A stretch of 64,000 bases of DNA from contig ONBG01000003.1 of NCBI GenBank assembly GCA_900316015.1, positions 54,473-118,472 of the forward strand, given 5' to 3'. The position numbers and the translations under genes are program-made. The notes below the pieces were generated by a model that had not been told where the DNA came from, searched no databases, and saw nothing but the letters and a program-made list of their open reading frames with translations. Numbering within the stretch: the first letter of the stretch is position 1; the number at the start of each line of letters is the position of its first letter. The DNA comes from an uncultured Prevotella sp. (GTDB lineage: Bacteria > Bacteroidota > Bacteroidia > Bacteroidales > Bacteroidaceae). This document shows, one piece after another, positions 1 through 10,650 of this stretch.

Positions 1-233
1 GTCCAACGTGAAGGATTCTTCACCGTGTTGACATCCCATCGTTCCGTTACAATACGATACTTGATAATGCCTGAATCGGAAATCAACGTATTAACGCCAT
101 AACTGGTCATGACTGATGCAGAATCTCTCGGAAAGACAGCAGGTGCCGTATGTTCCTTTTGCTCCTCACAAGAAGCGAAGAAAAGAACAAACATTACAAA
201 CGAGGACAGAATTATGAGATATCCTTTCTGCAT
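1..233 (-). CDS. lptC: LPS export ABC transporter periplasmic protein LptC (5' part; runs off window)
   Basis: Not in the ORF track. Manual translation from ATG 233: MQKGYLIILSSFVMFVLFFASCEEQKEHTAPAVFPRDSASVMTSYGVNTLISDSGIIKYRIVTERWDVNT..., with an N-terminal lipoprotein-type signal and the LISDSG motif of Bacteroidota LptC. Starts just after the stop of the upstream barrel gene. Confidence 0.7.
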   Translation of the reverse strand, partial: MQKGYLIILSSFVMFVLFFASCEEQKEHTAPAVFPRDSASVMTSYGVNTLISDSGIIKYRIVTERWDVNTVKNPSRW

Positions 234-236
234 CTA

Positions 237-1529
237 TTATTGGACTTTCCACTTTGCGAACCAGCCCTCATTAAAGGTTATGCCAATATTAATTCTAAAG
301 GTATTCTCCGTAATCAAGTCTTTTGCTGACTGGTGAACCCATTGGGCACTGATATTCAATATGGAGCGATTATTAAACTGATTCATGATTGGGATACCGA
401 AACCCAAGCTGGCACTGATTTCCTTAGGACCGTCTTGGCCATTTATTTTTATATAAGGTGTAGCGTATGAGACGCCCGCACGGTAATGAATCCGACCAAA
501 GAAATTTCTTCCATAAGCAGATGGGCAAAGTTCTGCTCCAACAGTTACTTTCTGCCGGTCTTTATACAAGCCACTCTTTAAAGCGTACTGAGGGACGTTA
601 TTCACCACACTATATTGCGGGAAATCAATCTTTGCCCATTTTTGCAAGCTGTAATCAACACCAAACTTTAGTTGGTCATTGTGGTTGTACATGAAGCCTG
701 CACTATAAATATGAGGAATCTCCAGCCCATTCTTCACCGTAAAAGTGGTCGTGTCAGAAACCGATGTCTCACTATTTGTAGAAATCACCTGCAGTTCTGG
801 ATCTGAATGCAACTTATGCCCCATGGTATATGTTGCACCAACGGTAAGAGCATCTTTCTTGCTCAACTTTGCCGTATATTGAGCACCAACATTCAGGTTA
901 TAGCTTCTCACATCCACAGTATAGTACTTTGACAAGGTGTTCGCATAGGTCTCACTAAAGCTCGTTACCAAAGAACGGTTCTCTGTACCCCATAGATATC
1001 CAAAATTAGCACCAAAGGAGAATCCCTTGAAAGGCTCCCATCCTGCTCCCAAGTAAACTTGATGAAAGCCACCATCACCAGAATATGCATTTGTATAGGT
1101 TGCCTTCTTGCCTTCATCAATATAATTTGTGCTGGAATAGTTATAACCAACATTGGTGAGAGGAACTAATCCAAAACTAACGCCTACATGACGGAAGGCA
1201 CGGAATCCTGCCACTACATACTCGAAGTTTCCATTATTGGCATTCAACTTCGTACCATTTTCTGAAAAATTAGTGATCTGACCAGAAATACCTGCATCGA
1301 AAATAAAAGTCAGAGAGTCAATGGCTGAATATGAGGCAGGATTCAAATAATTCACCTGATTGTGCTCGTGAAAGCCCAATCCCAATCCATTCATACCGCG
1401 ATTAAAGCCACTTGACTGTTCGGAAAGAATGCCCAAACCATACTGGCTATAAGGAGAGTTTGTGCCGCTCTGTGCAAATCCTGTAAGAGACATGATGCCG
1501 AAGAATGCGACGCATAGTATTTTCTTCAT
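237..1529 (-). CDS. Outer-membrane beta-barrel protein, FadL/TodX-like
   Basis: Signal peptide, N-terminal SPYSQYGLG and NPASY motifs, alternating amphipathic strands, aromatic C-terminus (GWFAKWKVQ). Confidence 0.7.
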   Translation of the reverse strand: MKKILCVAFFGIMSLTGFAQSGTNSPYSQYGLGILSEQSSGFNRGMNGLGLGFHEHNQVNYLNPASYSAIDSLTFIFDAGISGQITNFSENGTKLNANNGNFEYVVAGFRAFRHVGVSFGLVPLTNVGYNYSSTNYIDEGKKATYTNAYSGDGGFHQVYLGAGWEPFKGFSFGANFGYLWGTENRSLVTSFSETYANTLSKYYTVDVRSYNLNVGAQYTAKLSKKDALTVGATYTMGHKLHSDPELQVISTNSETSVSDTTTFTVKNGLEIPHIYSAGFMYNHNDQLKFGVDYSLQKWAKIDFPQYSVVNNVPQYALKSGLYKDRQKVTVGAELCPSAYGRNFFGRIHYRAGVSYATPYIKINGQDGPKEISASLGFGIPIMNQFNNRSILNISAQWVHQSAKDLITENTFRINIGITFNEGWFAKWKVQ

Positions 1530-1619
1530 TTTGTCTGTATTTCAAATTTGCTTGCAAAATTATCGAAAATTTTCGAAATAATAGCACGATAAGTGGGAAA
1601 TATAAGTTATTTTTGCATC

Positions 1620-2846
1620 GTGAAACGTTTTAAATATAATTTAAGGTGGTGCTGGGTGTTAATTTTTATGTTATTAACAACAGCCCTAAAAGGACAGGAC
1701 CGCAACGCTCTCCCAAAAGTGAATACAGATTCAATAAAGATCAGTTTACTTACTTGCGGACCAGGTTCTGAAGTGTATTCCCTATATGGTCATACAGCCA
1801 TACGTTTTCAAGATCCACAAAGGGGGCAGGATCTTGCCATCAACTACGGAATGTTTTCTTTTCGTCAAAAATTCTTCATACTCAGATTTATCTTTGGATT
1901 GACTGATTACGAAATGGGAATTATACCCTTCCAAGATTTCCTACAGGAATACAAAGACGAGCATAGATGGGTTATTGAACAGGATCTGAATCTCACTGGA
2001 GAAGAGAAATTGAATATCGCTCGTGCCATAGACGAGAACTACATCCCAGAAAATCGGGTTTACAGATACAATTACTTTTATGACAATTGCACGACAAGAG
2101 CCAGGGACCTCTTAATCCATCACGTAAACGGAAGGGTTGATTTTCATCAAGGAACGGATGCCACAACGAGTTATCGGGAAATGACGCACCAATGGAATCG
2201 AGAACACTTATGGGCACGCTTTGGAAACGATATCCTATTAGGGGTCAAGGCTGACTCCAAGACGAGTTTTGCTCAGCAACAATTCTTACCAGACAGCCTC
2301 AGGAAGGCTTTTGCCAAGGCCACGATCACAGAAAATGGTAAGATAAAACCATTCGTGGACAGTACATTTTACCTCATACGCCCCCAGGAGATAACCAATA
2401 CAGAAGGTTTTCCTCTTTCTCCGAGAGAATGTTCGTTGATCCTATTGGCATTTACCGTGATTATTACATGTTGCGAGATTCGGAAAAAATGCCGTTTTTG
2501 GATATACGACCTTGTTCTTTTTGCCTCAGCAGGCATAGCCGGGGTCATCCTCACGGCAATGATATTCTCACAGCATCCAACTGTCAGCCTCAACTTACAA
2601 ATATTAGCATTGAACCCTTTCCCTCTTTTGCTGATCTATCCAATTTGGAAACGGCTCAAAGATGGGCAGGGCTATTGGTTCATCAACGTGTGGATACTCC
2701 TAATCTTCCTGTTCTTTGTCGGGAATCTTTTCCAGGAATATGCTGAAGGGATGAATTTTGTGGCATGTTCTTTGCTCTTACGCTGCCTGACAGCTACCCC
2801 AAAAGGCAGAAACATTTTAAAGCTCAATCGTAACAAGCATGAATAA
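1620..2846 (+). CDS. lnb: DUF4105-domain membrane protein, lipoprotein N-acyltransferase Lnb-like
   Basis: ISLLTCGPG..YGHTAIR and YNYFYDNCTTR (His/Cys) motifs followed by several C-terminal TM helices. Start uncertain: ORF is open from 1593, with GTG at 1620 and ATG at 1668. Confidence 0.7.
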   Translation: MKRFKYNLRWCWVLIFMLLTTALKGQDRNALPKVNTDSIKISLLTCGPGSEVYSLYGHTAIRFQDPQRGQDLAINYGMFSFRQKFFILRFIFGLTDYEMGIIPFQDFLQEYKDEHRWVIEQDLNLTGEEKLNIARAIDENYIPENRVYRYNYFYDNCTTRARDLLIHHVNGRVDFHQGTDATTSYREMTHQWNREHLWARFGNDILLGVKADSKTSFAQQQFLPDSLRKAFAKATITENGKIKPFVDSTFYLIRPQEITNTEGFPLSPRECSLILLAFTVIITCCEIRKKCRFWIYDLVLFASAGIAGVILTAMIFSQHPTVSLNLQILALNPFPLLLIYPIWKRLKDGQGYWFINVWILLIFLFFVGNLFQEYAEGMNFVACSLLLRCLTATPKGRNILKLNRNKHE

Positions 2847-4245
2847 ATATATCACCGCAATACTCGTTGCGCTATCCGCAAATCCGACCCATGCGCAGTT
2901 GGTACAACCTGCACCCAAGCTCGTTGTCAGCATTGCCATTGATCAATTACGGTCTGACTATATTGAGGAGTTCTCATCCCTTTATACAACAGATGGTTGG
3001 AAAAAGCTGATGCGGCAAGGAATGGTTTATGATACCGCCTCCTACCCCTTTGAGCCTGTTGATCGAGCCTCTGCCATCGCATGCATCATGACGGGAACGA
3101 CGCCATATTATAATAGTATCGTCGGTACCCAATGGATGAACAGGAACACCTTAAGGCCTGTATCATGTGTAGATGATGACAAATACACATCGTCTCCCGC
3201 ACAAATTTCTACTTCTACCCTCGCTGATGAACTCAAGATTTCGACAAAAGGCAAAGCAATGATTTATGCCGTCGCTGCCGACTGTGATGCCGCCATTCTG
3301 TCAGCAGGACACGCTGCGGACGGAGCCTTTTGGATCCAAGATAAGACAGGAAAATTATGCACTTCAACGTACTATTCCAACCATGCATCTTCTTGGATAA
3401 AGAAGCAAAGTAACGAAACGCTGCAAAGTGCTCATACAGAATCGGATAGAAATGCTTTAATCGTTAAGGCAGCCATCCGTTGCATTCAGGACCATTCCAT
3501 GGGTAAGGATGACATCACGGACATGATGTCCGTAACCCTTACTGCTCAGGAAGCAAAACCGACAAACTGGCAAACACAAACAGAAAGTGCTTATCTACAG
3601 TTGGATAATTTACTTTCCGAACTGATTACTTCTATTGAAACCTCTGTAGGCAAGCAAAATGTTCTATTTGTATTAACAAGTACAGGATTCAAAGACGAAG
3701 AGAATGTTGAATATGGCAAATATAGGATTCCTACAGGTACCTTTTACATCAACAGAACAGCCAATCTACTCAATATATATCTAGGTGCCATCTATGGACA
3801 AGGAAGATATGTAGAAACTTGTTTCCACAACCAAATTTACCTGAATAGAAAACTCATAGAACAAAAGAGAATCAGTTTCAGTGATATATTAAGTCGTTCG
3901 CAGGAGTTTCTGATCCAAAATGCAGGCGTCAGGGATGTCTTTACGACAGATCGCTTACAAACAGGAAGCAATGATATCATCAAGCTGAGAAATGGCTACA
4001 ACCCTACCACAAGCGGAGATATCATGATCGAAGTTGCTGCTGGTTGGCGTCTACTCAATGAAGACAGTCAAGAAAGCTACACTTCGCGCGCTTTTTACGT
4101 CCCCTTCCCAATTATTCTATATGGGGCAGGTATAAAAGCAAAACGCATCACGACTCCAGTTACAATCGACCGCATTGCGCCTACATTGGCGAAAGCTATA
4201 CGAATTAGGGCACCAAATGCCTGCAAGGCAGAACCTCTGCCTTAG
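2839..4245 (+). CDS. Alkaline phosphatase/nucleotide pyrophosphatase (PafA-like) superfamily protein, catalytic residues apparently degenerate
   Basis: Signal peptide; PKLVVSIAIDQLRSDY motif; C-terminal VPIILYG..IAPTLA..RAP motifs. Overlaps the lnb stop. Confidence 0.8.
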   Translation: MNKYITAILVALSANPTHAQLVQPAPKLVVSIAIDQLRSDYIEEFSSLYTTDGWKKLMRQGMVYDTASYPFEPVDRASAIACIMTGTTPYYNSIVGTQWMNRNTLRPVSCVDDDKYTSSPAQISTSTLADELKISTKGKAMIYAVAADCDAAILSAGHAADGAFWIQDKTGKLCTSTYYSNHASSWIKKQSNETLQSAHTESDRNALIVKAAIRCIQDHSMGKDDITDMMSVTLTAQEAKPTNWQTQTESAYLQLDNLLSELITSIETSVGKQNVLFVLTSTGFKDEENVEYGKYRIPTGTFYINRTANLLNIYLGAIYGQGRYVETCFHNQIYLNRKLIEQKRISFSDILSRSQEFLIQNAGVRDVFTTDRLQTGSNDIIKLRNGYNPTTSGDIMIEVAAGWRLLNEDSQESYTSRAFYVPFPIILYGAGIKAKRITTPVTIDRIAPTLAKAIRIRAPNACKAEPLP

Positions 4246-4343
4246 CCCCAAGCCTAAAAAGTTATGGGTCAGTTGTTACACGAACCCATGACTTTTAATC
4301 AAACATTTCACATTATTAATTAGGAAATACGGAAAATAATGCG

Positions 4344-4351
4344 TAATTTTG
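4344..4351 (+). promoter_or_regulatory. Bacteroidota -7 promoter box (TAATTTTG) upstream of secA
   Basis: Matches TAnnTTTG about 43 bp before the secA ATG. Confidence 0.55.
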
Positions 4352-4393
4352 CAAGCAATTTCGTATAGACAAAAAAACAAAATAAGATAAGCA

Positions 4394-7300
4394 ATGAATT
4401 TCAACAAATTTCTTAAGTCATTGTTCGGTGATAAGTCTGGTCGTGATATGAAACTTATTCAGCCGTTAGTTGAGAAGGTTAAGGAAGCCTATCCTGCGAT
4501 CAAAGCATTAAGCAATGACGAACTCCGTGCCAAAACGAAAGAGATCCAAAAGTATGTTCAGGACTCTGCAAAAGAAGAAAAAGCACAAATTGACGATCTA
4601 CGCTCAAGAATAGAAGAAACTCCCATTGATGAGCGAGAAGACATCTTCAACCAAATCGATAAACTTGAAAAAGAAGTACTTGAAATTTACGAGAAGGCCT
4701 TGAATGAGGTGATGCCTGTTGCGTTTAGCATCGTCAAGGATACTGCTCGGCGTTTTGCTGAGAACGAAGAGATTATCGTTACTGCTACAGACTTCGACAG
4801 AGAATTAGCTGCCGATCCCAGCAAGGATTTTATCACAATTGATGGAGACAAGGCTATCTATCATAACGAATGGACGGCTGGTGGCAATAAGATCAAATGG
4901 GATATGGTCCATTATGATGTCCAACTATTTGGAGGTATCGCCTTACATCAAGGAAAGATCGCAGAAATGGCAACAGGTGAAGGAAAGACACTTGTTGCAA
5001 CTCTCCCGGTATTCCTAAATGCATTAACGGGCAATGGCGTTCACATGGTCACTGTGAACGACTATCTTGCAAAACGTGACTCGGAGTGGATGGGACCATT
5101 GTATGAATTCAACGGTTTGTCTGTTGATTGCATTGACAAACACAGGCCGAACTCTCCAGAACGCCGTAAAGCATACCAGGCAGATATCACTTTCGGTACG
5201 AATAATGAATTCGGATTCGATTACCTGCGTGATAACATGGCTGTTTCTCCAGATGACCTGGTACAAAGGAAGCATAATTACGCCATCGTTGATGAGGTCG
5301 ATTCTGTCTTAATCGATGATGCTCGAACACCTTTGATTATTTCAGGACCAGTGCCTAAGGGCGATGACCAGATGTTCGAAGAATATCAGCCTTTAGTAGA
5401 AAAATTGGTAGGTGTCCAGCGGCAATTGGCCACTCAATATTTAGCAGATGCGAAGGCTAAGATTTCTGAGGGCATGCAGACCAATAACCAAGAAGAACTT
5501 CAGCAAGGATTTCTTTCCTTGTACCGTTCGCATCTTGCACTTCCCAAGAACAAGCCTTTAATCAAATTTCTTTCCGAGGAAGGCATGAAAGCAGGTATGC
5601 TAAAAACGGAAGAGTATTACATGGAGAACAACAACCGGAGAATGCCAGAAGCTGTAGAACCTCTCTACTTCGTTGTTGATGAAAAACTGAATTCTTGTGA
5701 TCTAACAGATAAGGGAACAGACTGGTTAGCTCAGCAGGTAAACGATAAAGACCTGTTCGTATTGCCAGATATTACTTCGCAACTCTCCGCCTTGGAGAAT
5801 GAGAAAGAACTGTCTGATCAAGAACGTATTGACAAGAAAGATGACCTTCTGAACCACTATGGTGTACAGAGCGAACGCGTTCACACGCTTCAACAATTAC
5901 TGAAAGCATACACCATGTTTAATAAGGATGATGAATACGTTGTCATGGATGGTGAAGTGAAGATCGTGGACGAGCAAACGGGACGTATCATGGAAGGTCG
6001 CCGTTGGAGTGACGGATTGCATCAGGCTATTGAAGCCAAGGAACACGTAAAAGTAGAAGCTGCCACTCAAACATTCGCAACGATCACATTGCAGAACTAC
6101 TTCCGTATGTATCACAAGTTGGCTGGTATGACAGGTACAGCGTCTACAGAAGCTGGTGAATTCTGGGACATCTACAAATTGGATGTTGTAGAGATCCCAA
6201 CGAACAAACCTGTTATCCGTAATGATATGGATGACCGTGTCTACAAGACAGCACGAGAAAAATACGCAGCCGTCATTGATGAGATAGAGGAGATGCGTAA
6301 CAGTGGTCGTCCGTGTCTGGTGGGTACGACTTCCGTTGAGATCTCAGAATTGCTGAGCCGTATGCTGAAGCTCCGAAATATTCCGCATAACGTGCTGAAT
6401 GCGAAATTGCATCAAAAAGAAGCTATGATTGTTGCTGAAGCGGGTCGTAGCACAATGGGGACCATCACGGTTACTGATGAAAACGGTAACAAACACCAAG
6501 AACAGCGTATGCTTGGTGCCGTAACGATCGCTACCAACATGGCTGGTCGAGGAACTGATATCAAATTAACGCCAGAAGTAAAAGCTGCTGGTGGTCTTGC
6601 TATCATTGGCACTGAGCGTCATGAAAGCCGCCGTGTAGACCGTCAGCTTCGTGGTCGTGCAGGGCGTCAGGGTGATCCCGGATCTTCAGTCTTCTACGTT
6701 TCCCTTGAAGATAAGCTGATGCGCCTATTTGCTTCAGAACGTATTGCAAGTGTCATGGACAGACTCGGTTTCAAAGATGGAGAACGTATCGAGAGCCCAA
6801 TGATATCGAGGAGTATTGAACGTGCCCAGAAGAAAGTGGAAGAGAATAACTTCGGTATCCGTAAGCATTTGCTGGAATACGATGACGTCATGAATAAACA
6901 ACGTACGGTGATATACGAGAAACGGCGCCATGCTTTGATGGGTGAGCGAATCGGCATGGATATTACCAATATTATTTGGGACCGCATCGTAAATATCATT
7001 GAAAAGAATGACTATGAAGGAATTAAGGAGCAATTCCTCAAGGTTCTTGCCATGGAATGCCCCTTCACAGAACAGGAGTCGATTGACGGCAATAAAAGTG
7101 AACTTGAAGAGCGCAGTTTCCAAGACGCAATGGCAAGCTTTAAGCGTAAGACAGACCGTATCCAAAGCATCGCATGGCCCATCATCAAGCAAGTACAGGA
7201 AAATGAAGGGGATAGGTTCGAACGGATTGTTGTTCCCATCACAGACGGGAAACGCATGTACAACATCCCTTGTAAGCTCAAGGAGGCATATGACTCGGAA

Positions 7301-7777
7301 TGTAAATCTGTCGTAAAACAGTTTGAAAAAGTAATTCTCCTTCACATCATTGACGATGATTGGAAAGAGAATCTCCGTCAATTGGATGAACTCCGACACA
7401 GTGTTCAGAATGCTTCTTACGAGCAAAAGGATCCTTTACTGGTATACAAGCTCGAAAGTGCTAAGATCTGGGATACGATGATTGATGATATGAACAACCG
7501 TATTGCAAGTATCCTTATGAGAGGTCAGATTCCTGAAATGCAGCAGCAAGAAGTACAGGAAGCCGCTCCAGAAGAGCATAGCCAGCGCTATAATGAGCAA
7601 AAAGCCGACTTGAGTGATCCCAATCAACAAGCTGCAGCCCATCGCGACACACGTGAGAGCGCACAGCAAGTCAGCCATGTTCCATACAGAGCAGAGAAGA
7701 TGCCACGTCCAAACGATCCTTGCCCATGCGGAAGCGGCAAGAAATTCAAGAATTGCCACGGACGGAACATTCGATAA
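4394..7777 (+). CDS. secA: Preprotein translocase ATPase SecA
   Basis: [54 protein letters not shown] motifs; C-terminal SEC-C motif [17 protein letters not shown]. Confidence 0.99.
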   Translation: MNFNKFLKSLFGDKSGRDMKLIQPLVEKVKEAYPAIKALSNDELRAKTKEIQKYVQDSAKEEKAQIDDLRSRIEETPIDEREDIFNQIDKLEKEVLEIYEKALNEVMPVAFSIVKDTARRFAENEEIIVTATDFDRELAADPSKDFITIDGDKAIYHNEWTAGGNKIKWDMVHYDVQLFGGIALHQGKIAEMATGEGKTLVATLPVFLNALTGNGVHMVTVNDYLAKRDSEWMGPLYEFNGLSVDCIDKHRPNSPERRKAYQADITFGTNNEFGFDYLRDNMAVSPDDLVQRKHNYAIVDEVDSVLIDDARTPLIISGPVPKGDDQMFEEYQPLVEKLVGVQRQLATQYLADAKAKISEGMQTNNQEELQQGFLSLYRSHLALPKNKPLIKFLSEEGMKAGMLKTEEYYMENNNRRMPEAVEPLYFVVDEKLNSCDLTDKGTDWLAQQVNDKDLFVLPDITSQLSALENEKELSDQERIDKKDDLLNHYGVQSERVHTLQQLLKAYTMFNKDDEYVVMDGEVKIVDEQTGRIMEGRRWSDGLHQAIEAKEHVKVEAATQTFATITLQNYFRMYHKLAGMTGTASTEAGEFWDIYKLDVVEIPTNKPVIRNDMDDRVYKTAREKYAAVIDEIEEMRNSGRPCLVGTTSVEISELLSRMLKLRNIPHNVLNAKLHQKEAMIVAEAGRSTMGTITVTDENGNKHQEQRMLGAVTIATNMAGRGTDIKLTPEVKAAGGLAIIGTERHESRRVDRQLRGRAGRQGDPGSSVFYVSLEDKLMRLFASERIASVMDRLGFKDGERIESPMISRSIERAQKKVEENNFGIRKHLLEYDDVMNKQRTVIYEKRRHALMGERIGMDITNIIWDRIVNIIEKNDYEGIKEQFLKVLAMECPFTEQESIDGNKSELEERSFQDAMASFKRKTDRIQSIAWPIIKQVQENEGDRFERIVVPITDGKRMYNIPCKLKEAYDSECKSVVKQFEKVILLHIIDDDWKENLRQLDELRHSVQNASYEQKDPLLVYKLESAKIWDTMIDDMNNRIASILMRGQIPEMQQQEVQEAAPEEHSQRYNEQKADLSDPNQQAAAHRDTRESAQQVSHVPYRAEKMPRPNDPCPCGSGKKFKNCHGRNIR

Positions 7778-7784
7778 ATCCAAG

Positions 7785-8501
7785 ATGAAAATAATCATTC
7801 ATAACTTAAAAAAGAATTTCGGGGAGAAAACAGCTGTTCATATCCCCGAATTCTTTATCAACTCAGGTGATATCTTAGGACTTGTAGGTAACAACGGAGC
7901 CGGAAAAACAACACTATTCCGGCTGATGTTGGATCTCCTAAAGGCTGATGAGGGCAATGTAATCTTCCAAAAAAATGATGAAGCGGAAATTGATCCTGCT
8001 ACCAGTGAAGAATGGAAGTCATCTACCGGAGCTTATATCGATGAAGGATTTCTTATCGATTTCTTAACGCCAGAAGAATACTTCGAATTCATTGGGAAAG
8101 TCAATAATCTGTCTTTGGATGATGTTCACTTGTGGCTCCAAGGCTATGAACGATTCATGGCTGATGAAATCTTAGGGCAGAAGAAACTCATCCGTGATTT
8201 CTCTGCAGGGAACAAGCAAAAGATCGGCATCCTGTCAGCGATGCTAAACCAACCAGAACTGCTGATTTTAGATGAGCCTTTCAATTTCCTTGATCCCTCA
8301 AGTCAGAACATATTGAAAAATATGCTTGTAGAATACAATCAGTCAACTGGTGCCACGATTCTAATCAGTAGCCATAACCTACAACATACGGTGGATATCA
8401 GTACACGTATAGCATTATTGGAACATGGAGAAATCATCAAAGACCTGTCTAACCATGCTGGTAGTGCGGAACAAGAACTGAATTATTATTTTAACGTATA
8501 G
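7785..8501 (+). CDS. ABC transporter ATP-binding protein
   Basis: Walker A GNNGAGKTT, signature-like FSAGNKQK, Walker B LLILDEP, H-loop SSH. The ATG at 7785 is preferred over the ORF-track start that overlaps secA. Confidence 0.92.
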   Translation: MKIIIHNLKKNFGEKTAVHIPEFFINSGDILGLVGNNGAGKTTLFRLMLDLLKADEGNVIFQKNDEAEIDPATSEEWKSSTGAYIDEGFLIDFLTPEEYFEFIGKVNNLSLDDVHLWLQGYERFMADEILGQKKLIRDFSAGNKQKIGILSAMLNQPELLILDEPFNFLDPSSQNILKNMLVEYNQSTGATILISSHNLQHTVDISTRIALLEHGEIIKDLSNHAGSAEQELNYYFNV

Positions 8502-8518
8502 TCCAGAAGAAGGAGAAT

Positions 8519-8562
8519 AAAAAAAGTAGAAAGTAGCCCTCGTGCTTACTTTCTACTTTTTT
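8519..8562. terminator. Bidirectional intrinsic terminator between convergent genes
   Basis: Inverted repeat aaaaaaagtagaaagta...tactttctactttttt with flanking A and T runs. Confidence 0.75.
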
Positions 8563-8563
8563 C

Positions 8564-8980
8564 TTAAACTGGATTATCTTCTGGATCATTGGTGAAAAGA
8601 TCGTCAGCCCCCTTCATTTCATCGTCATCGAACCACAGATGCATCTTTGCCTTTGCCTTTTCTTTCACTTCATCAGAAACTTTTCCCCATACTTTATGAA
8701 GGACATAAATAAGGACTGCGATATCATCACTTAGACCAGCGATAGGAATTGCATCTGGGACAACATCCAGGGGACTAATTAAATATCCTAATGCCCCGAT
8801 GATAATGGCTTTCTCCTTAATAGATACTTTATCACTCTCTAAGGTATAAAATAAGATTAAAGCTGCGTATACCATTTTGGATCCTGCCCTTTTGGCAATA
8901 CGAGAAATTTTATCGACAAATCCCTTAGGAGAGTATTTGTCTTTGTATTTCATAAAATCGGGTAATTGAGGTGTTTCCAT
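8564..8980 (-). CDS. YkvA/DUF1232 family small membrane protein
   Basis: GALGYLISPLDVVPDAIPIAGLSDD motif. Confidence 0.9.
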   Translation of the reverse strand: METPQLPDFMKYKDKYSPKGFVDKISRIAKRAGSKMVYAALILFYTLESDKVSIKEKAIIIGALGYLISPLDVVPDAIPIAGLSDDIAVLIYVLHKVWGKVSDEVKEKAKAKMHLWFDDDEMKGADDLFTNDPEDNPV

Positions 8981-8989
8981 TTCTATTTA

Positions 8990-9400
8990 TTAAAAATCAA
9001 GTACATCTTTGATAAATTTCTCAAATCGATCTTCCGACATTCTCTTGAGGCGCAATTGAATGGAGAGTTTCATTGATGCTTTATAAAGGAATCCAAGCAA
9101 TATTCCGATTGCTATGGAGATAAGTAACCCACCTTCAAGTCCACCAGGTAGCTTTTCGGGGGGAAACGCGGAACAAACCAATACAGGAATAACAACTAAG
9201 ATGCCAAAAACGGTATATTGGCTTTTCTCCGAACCTTCACTATCAAGAATAGCCTGCTTATCAAAAAGATAATCATCAAGTTCACGCCGTGTAAAGCCAT
9301 AATCTTCGACGACAGGGAATCCCTTCACCCCAACATTGACCTTCATCTTTGAGGTGATTGTATGCTCATAATCAAGTATTTCCTTTTCAATATCTTTCAT
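8990..9400 (-). CDS. Hypothetical two-TM membrane protein
   Basis: 136-aa ORF with two hydrophobic segments, in an operon-like arrangement with ykvA. Confidence 0.75.
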   Translation of the reverse strand: MKDIEKEILDYEHTITSKMKVNVGVKGFPVVEDYGFTRRELDDYLFDKQAILDSEGSEKSQYTVFGILVVIPVLVCSAFPPEKLPGGLEGGLLISIAIGILLGFLYKASMKLSIQLRLKRMSEDRFEKFIKDVLDF

Positions 9401-9530
9401 GCCCTATATAACGTTACAAATCATCAATTATTATTTATTGGCGAACAAAAATTGATTCTATTTCACATCCTTGCGCACCACTAATGGATCAGACATGCTT
9501 TCATCATCTACCGTCATTTCTGAAGAAAAA

Positions 9531-9960
9531 TGAAAACAGTGCTCCTATAAGCCGGGTTCCGTCCCTCAATCACCTTTCGATGGATGAAGTGCCTGCCATT
9601 TATCTACGCCGTGAGTCACCCCACGGCTCAAGCATTCTACCCTCCGTCGTACTTGCGTATCGGACGAGCAGCCCTCAAACGACGGTATACGCGAACTTGC
9701 AGCCTCCAGTCAGCACAGCCTGGCGATCACCCGCCAGCTGGTAGTCTCTTACACTACCTTCTCACCCTTACCCTTGTGAGGATCCCAAGACCGGATCAAG
9801 TCCGACCGAGGAATGCGGAACCACAAAGGCGGTTCTTTTCTTCTGCCTTCACCTATTGTTACCAACAGCTTCTACTTTCGGAAGTGGAGTGCTCTATGCT
9901 GCCCGGACTTTCCTCTTGCACCACAAAGATGCCAGCGGCAGAGCCAGAACACTGTTTTCA
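9531..9960 (-). ncRNA. rnpB: RNase P RNA (bacterial class A)
   Basis: Minus strand carries the conserved GAGGAAAGTCCGGG near the 5' end and GGAACCCGGCTTATA near the 3' end. The termini pair (tgaaaacagtgttc / gagcactgttttca) as helix P1. Confidence 0.95.
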
Positions 9961-10144
9961 ACTGCAAAGTTAAACAAAATCATCAAATATAGCACAGAAT
10001 TCCACAAAAAATCACAAATATCAAGCGATCTTATGGTATCAAGCCTTTCAGCCCTTATACACACCTTGCGTGATCGTGCCAAACAGCCACTTGAATTACT
10101 ATTTTATGAATTTGTATCTTTGCACTGGAGTTTTTTTATGCAAT

Positions 10145-10345
10145 AGGTTGACAGGTTGTCAAAACCCAGTGTTTATCAGGCTTGCAACCTGATTTGAGGT
10201 TGTCAAAGGTTGACAAGAGGTTGACAAGAAAACACATATTATGCGCAATTTTCTCGAGAATTTATGGTAATACCTATGCTATTGTTGTGCAGAACCTTCC
10301 CTATTAGATCAAATTCTCTCGAGAATTTTGTATGATAGCTTTACA
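10145..10345. repeat. ~200-bp dispersed palindrome-rich intergenic element, copy 1
   Basis: Aligns by eye with the reverse complement of 38375-38580; contains GGTTGAC/GGTTGTC repeats and two TTCTCGAGAA palindromes. Confidence 0.85.
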
Positions 10346-10650
10346 TTTCATCTCCAGGTCATGATATGAATTGAAATGGGAGAAATAGAATCGAAGTATT
10401 GTATCCTTCCAGATGATCAAATAAACGGAAGATACCAAGAATCTAAACAAACTTAAAAACAAAAACTGTTCTACTTAAGAGCCGTTAATGTGTTAAATTC
10501 AAGTGTTAAAATGGGATAATAATATAAGACAATATGACAGATTAACAATTTTTGCGTCTATATTTGCACATGTCCATTTAAACGAATTGACGAGGGATTC
10601 GTCAAAGAGACAAATGTTGAATCAAAGAACAATTAAATATTTATAGAACA

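Noticed and set aside
7614-7784. N-terminal extension of the ABC ATPase in the ORF track
   Set aside because: It overlaps the secA 3' end in another frame; ATG 7785 gives a normal-length ATPase.
10151-10230. TTGACA hexamers as sigma70 -35 boxes
   Set aside because: Bacteroidota primary promoters use TTTG/TAnnTTTG, and here the hexamers are arms of palindromes in a repeated element.
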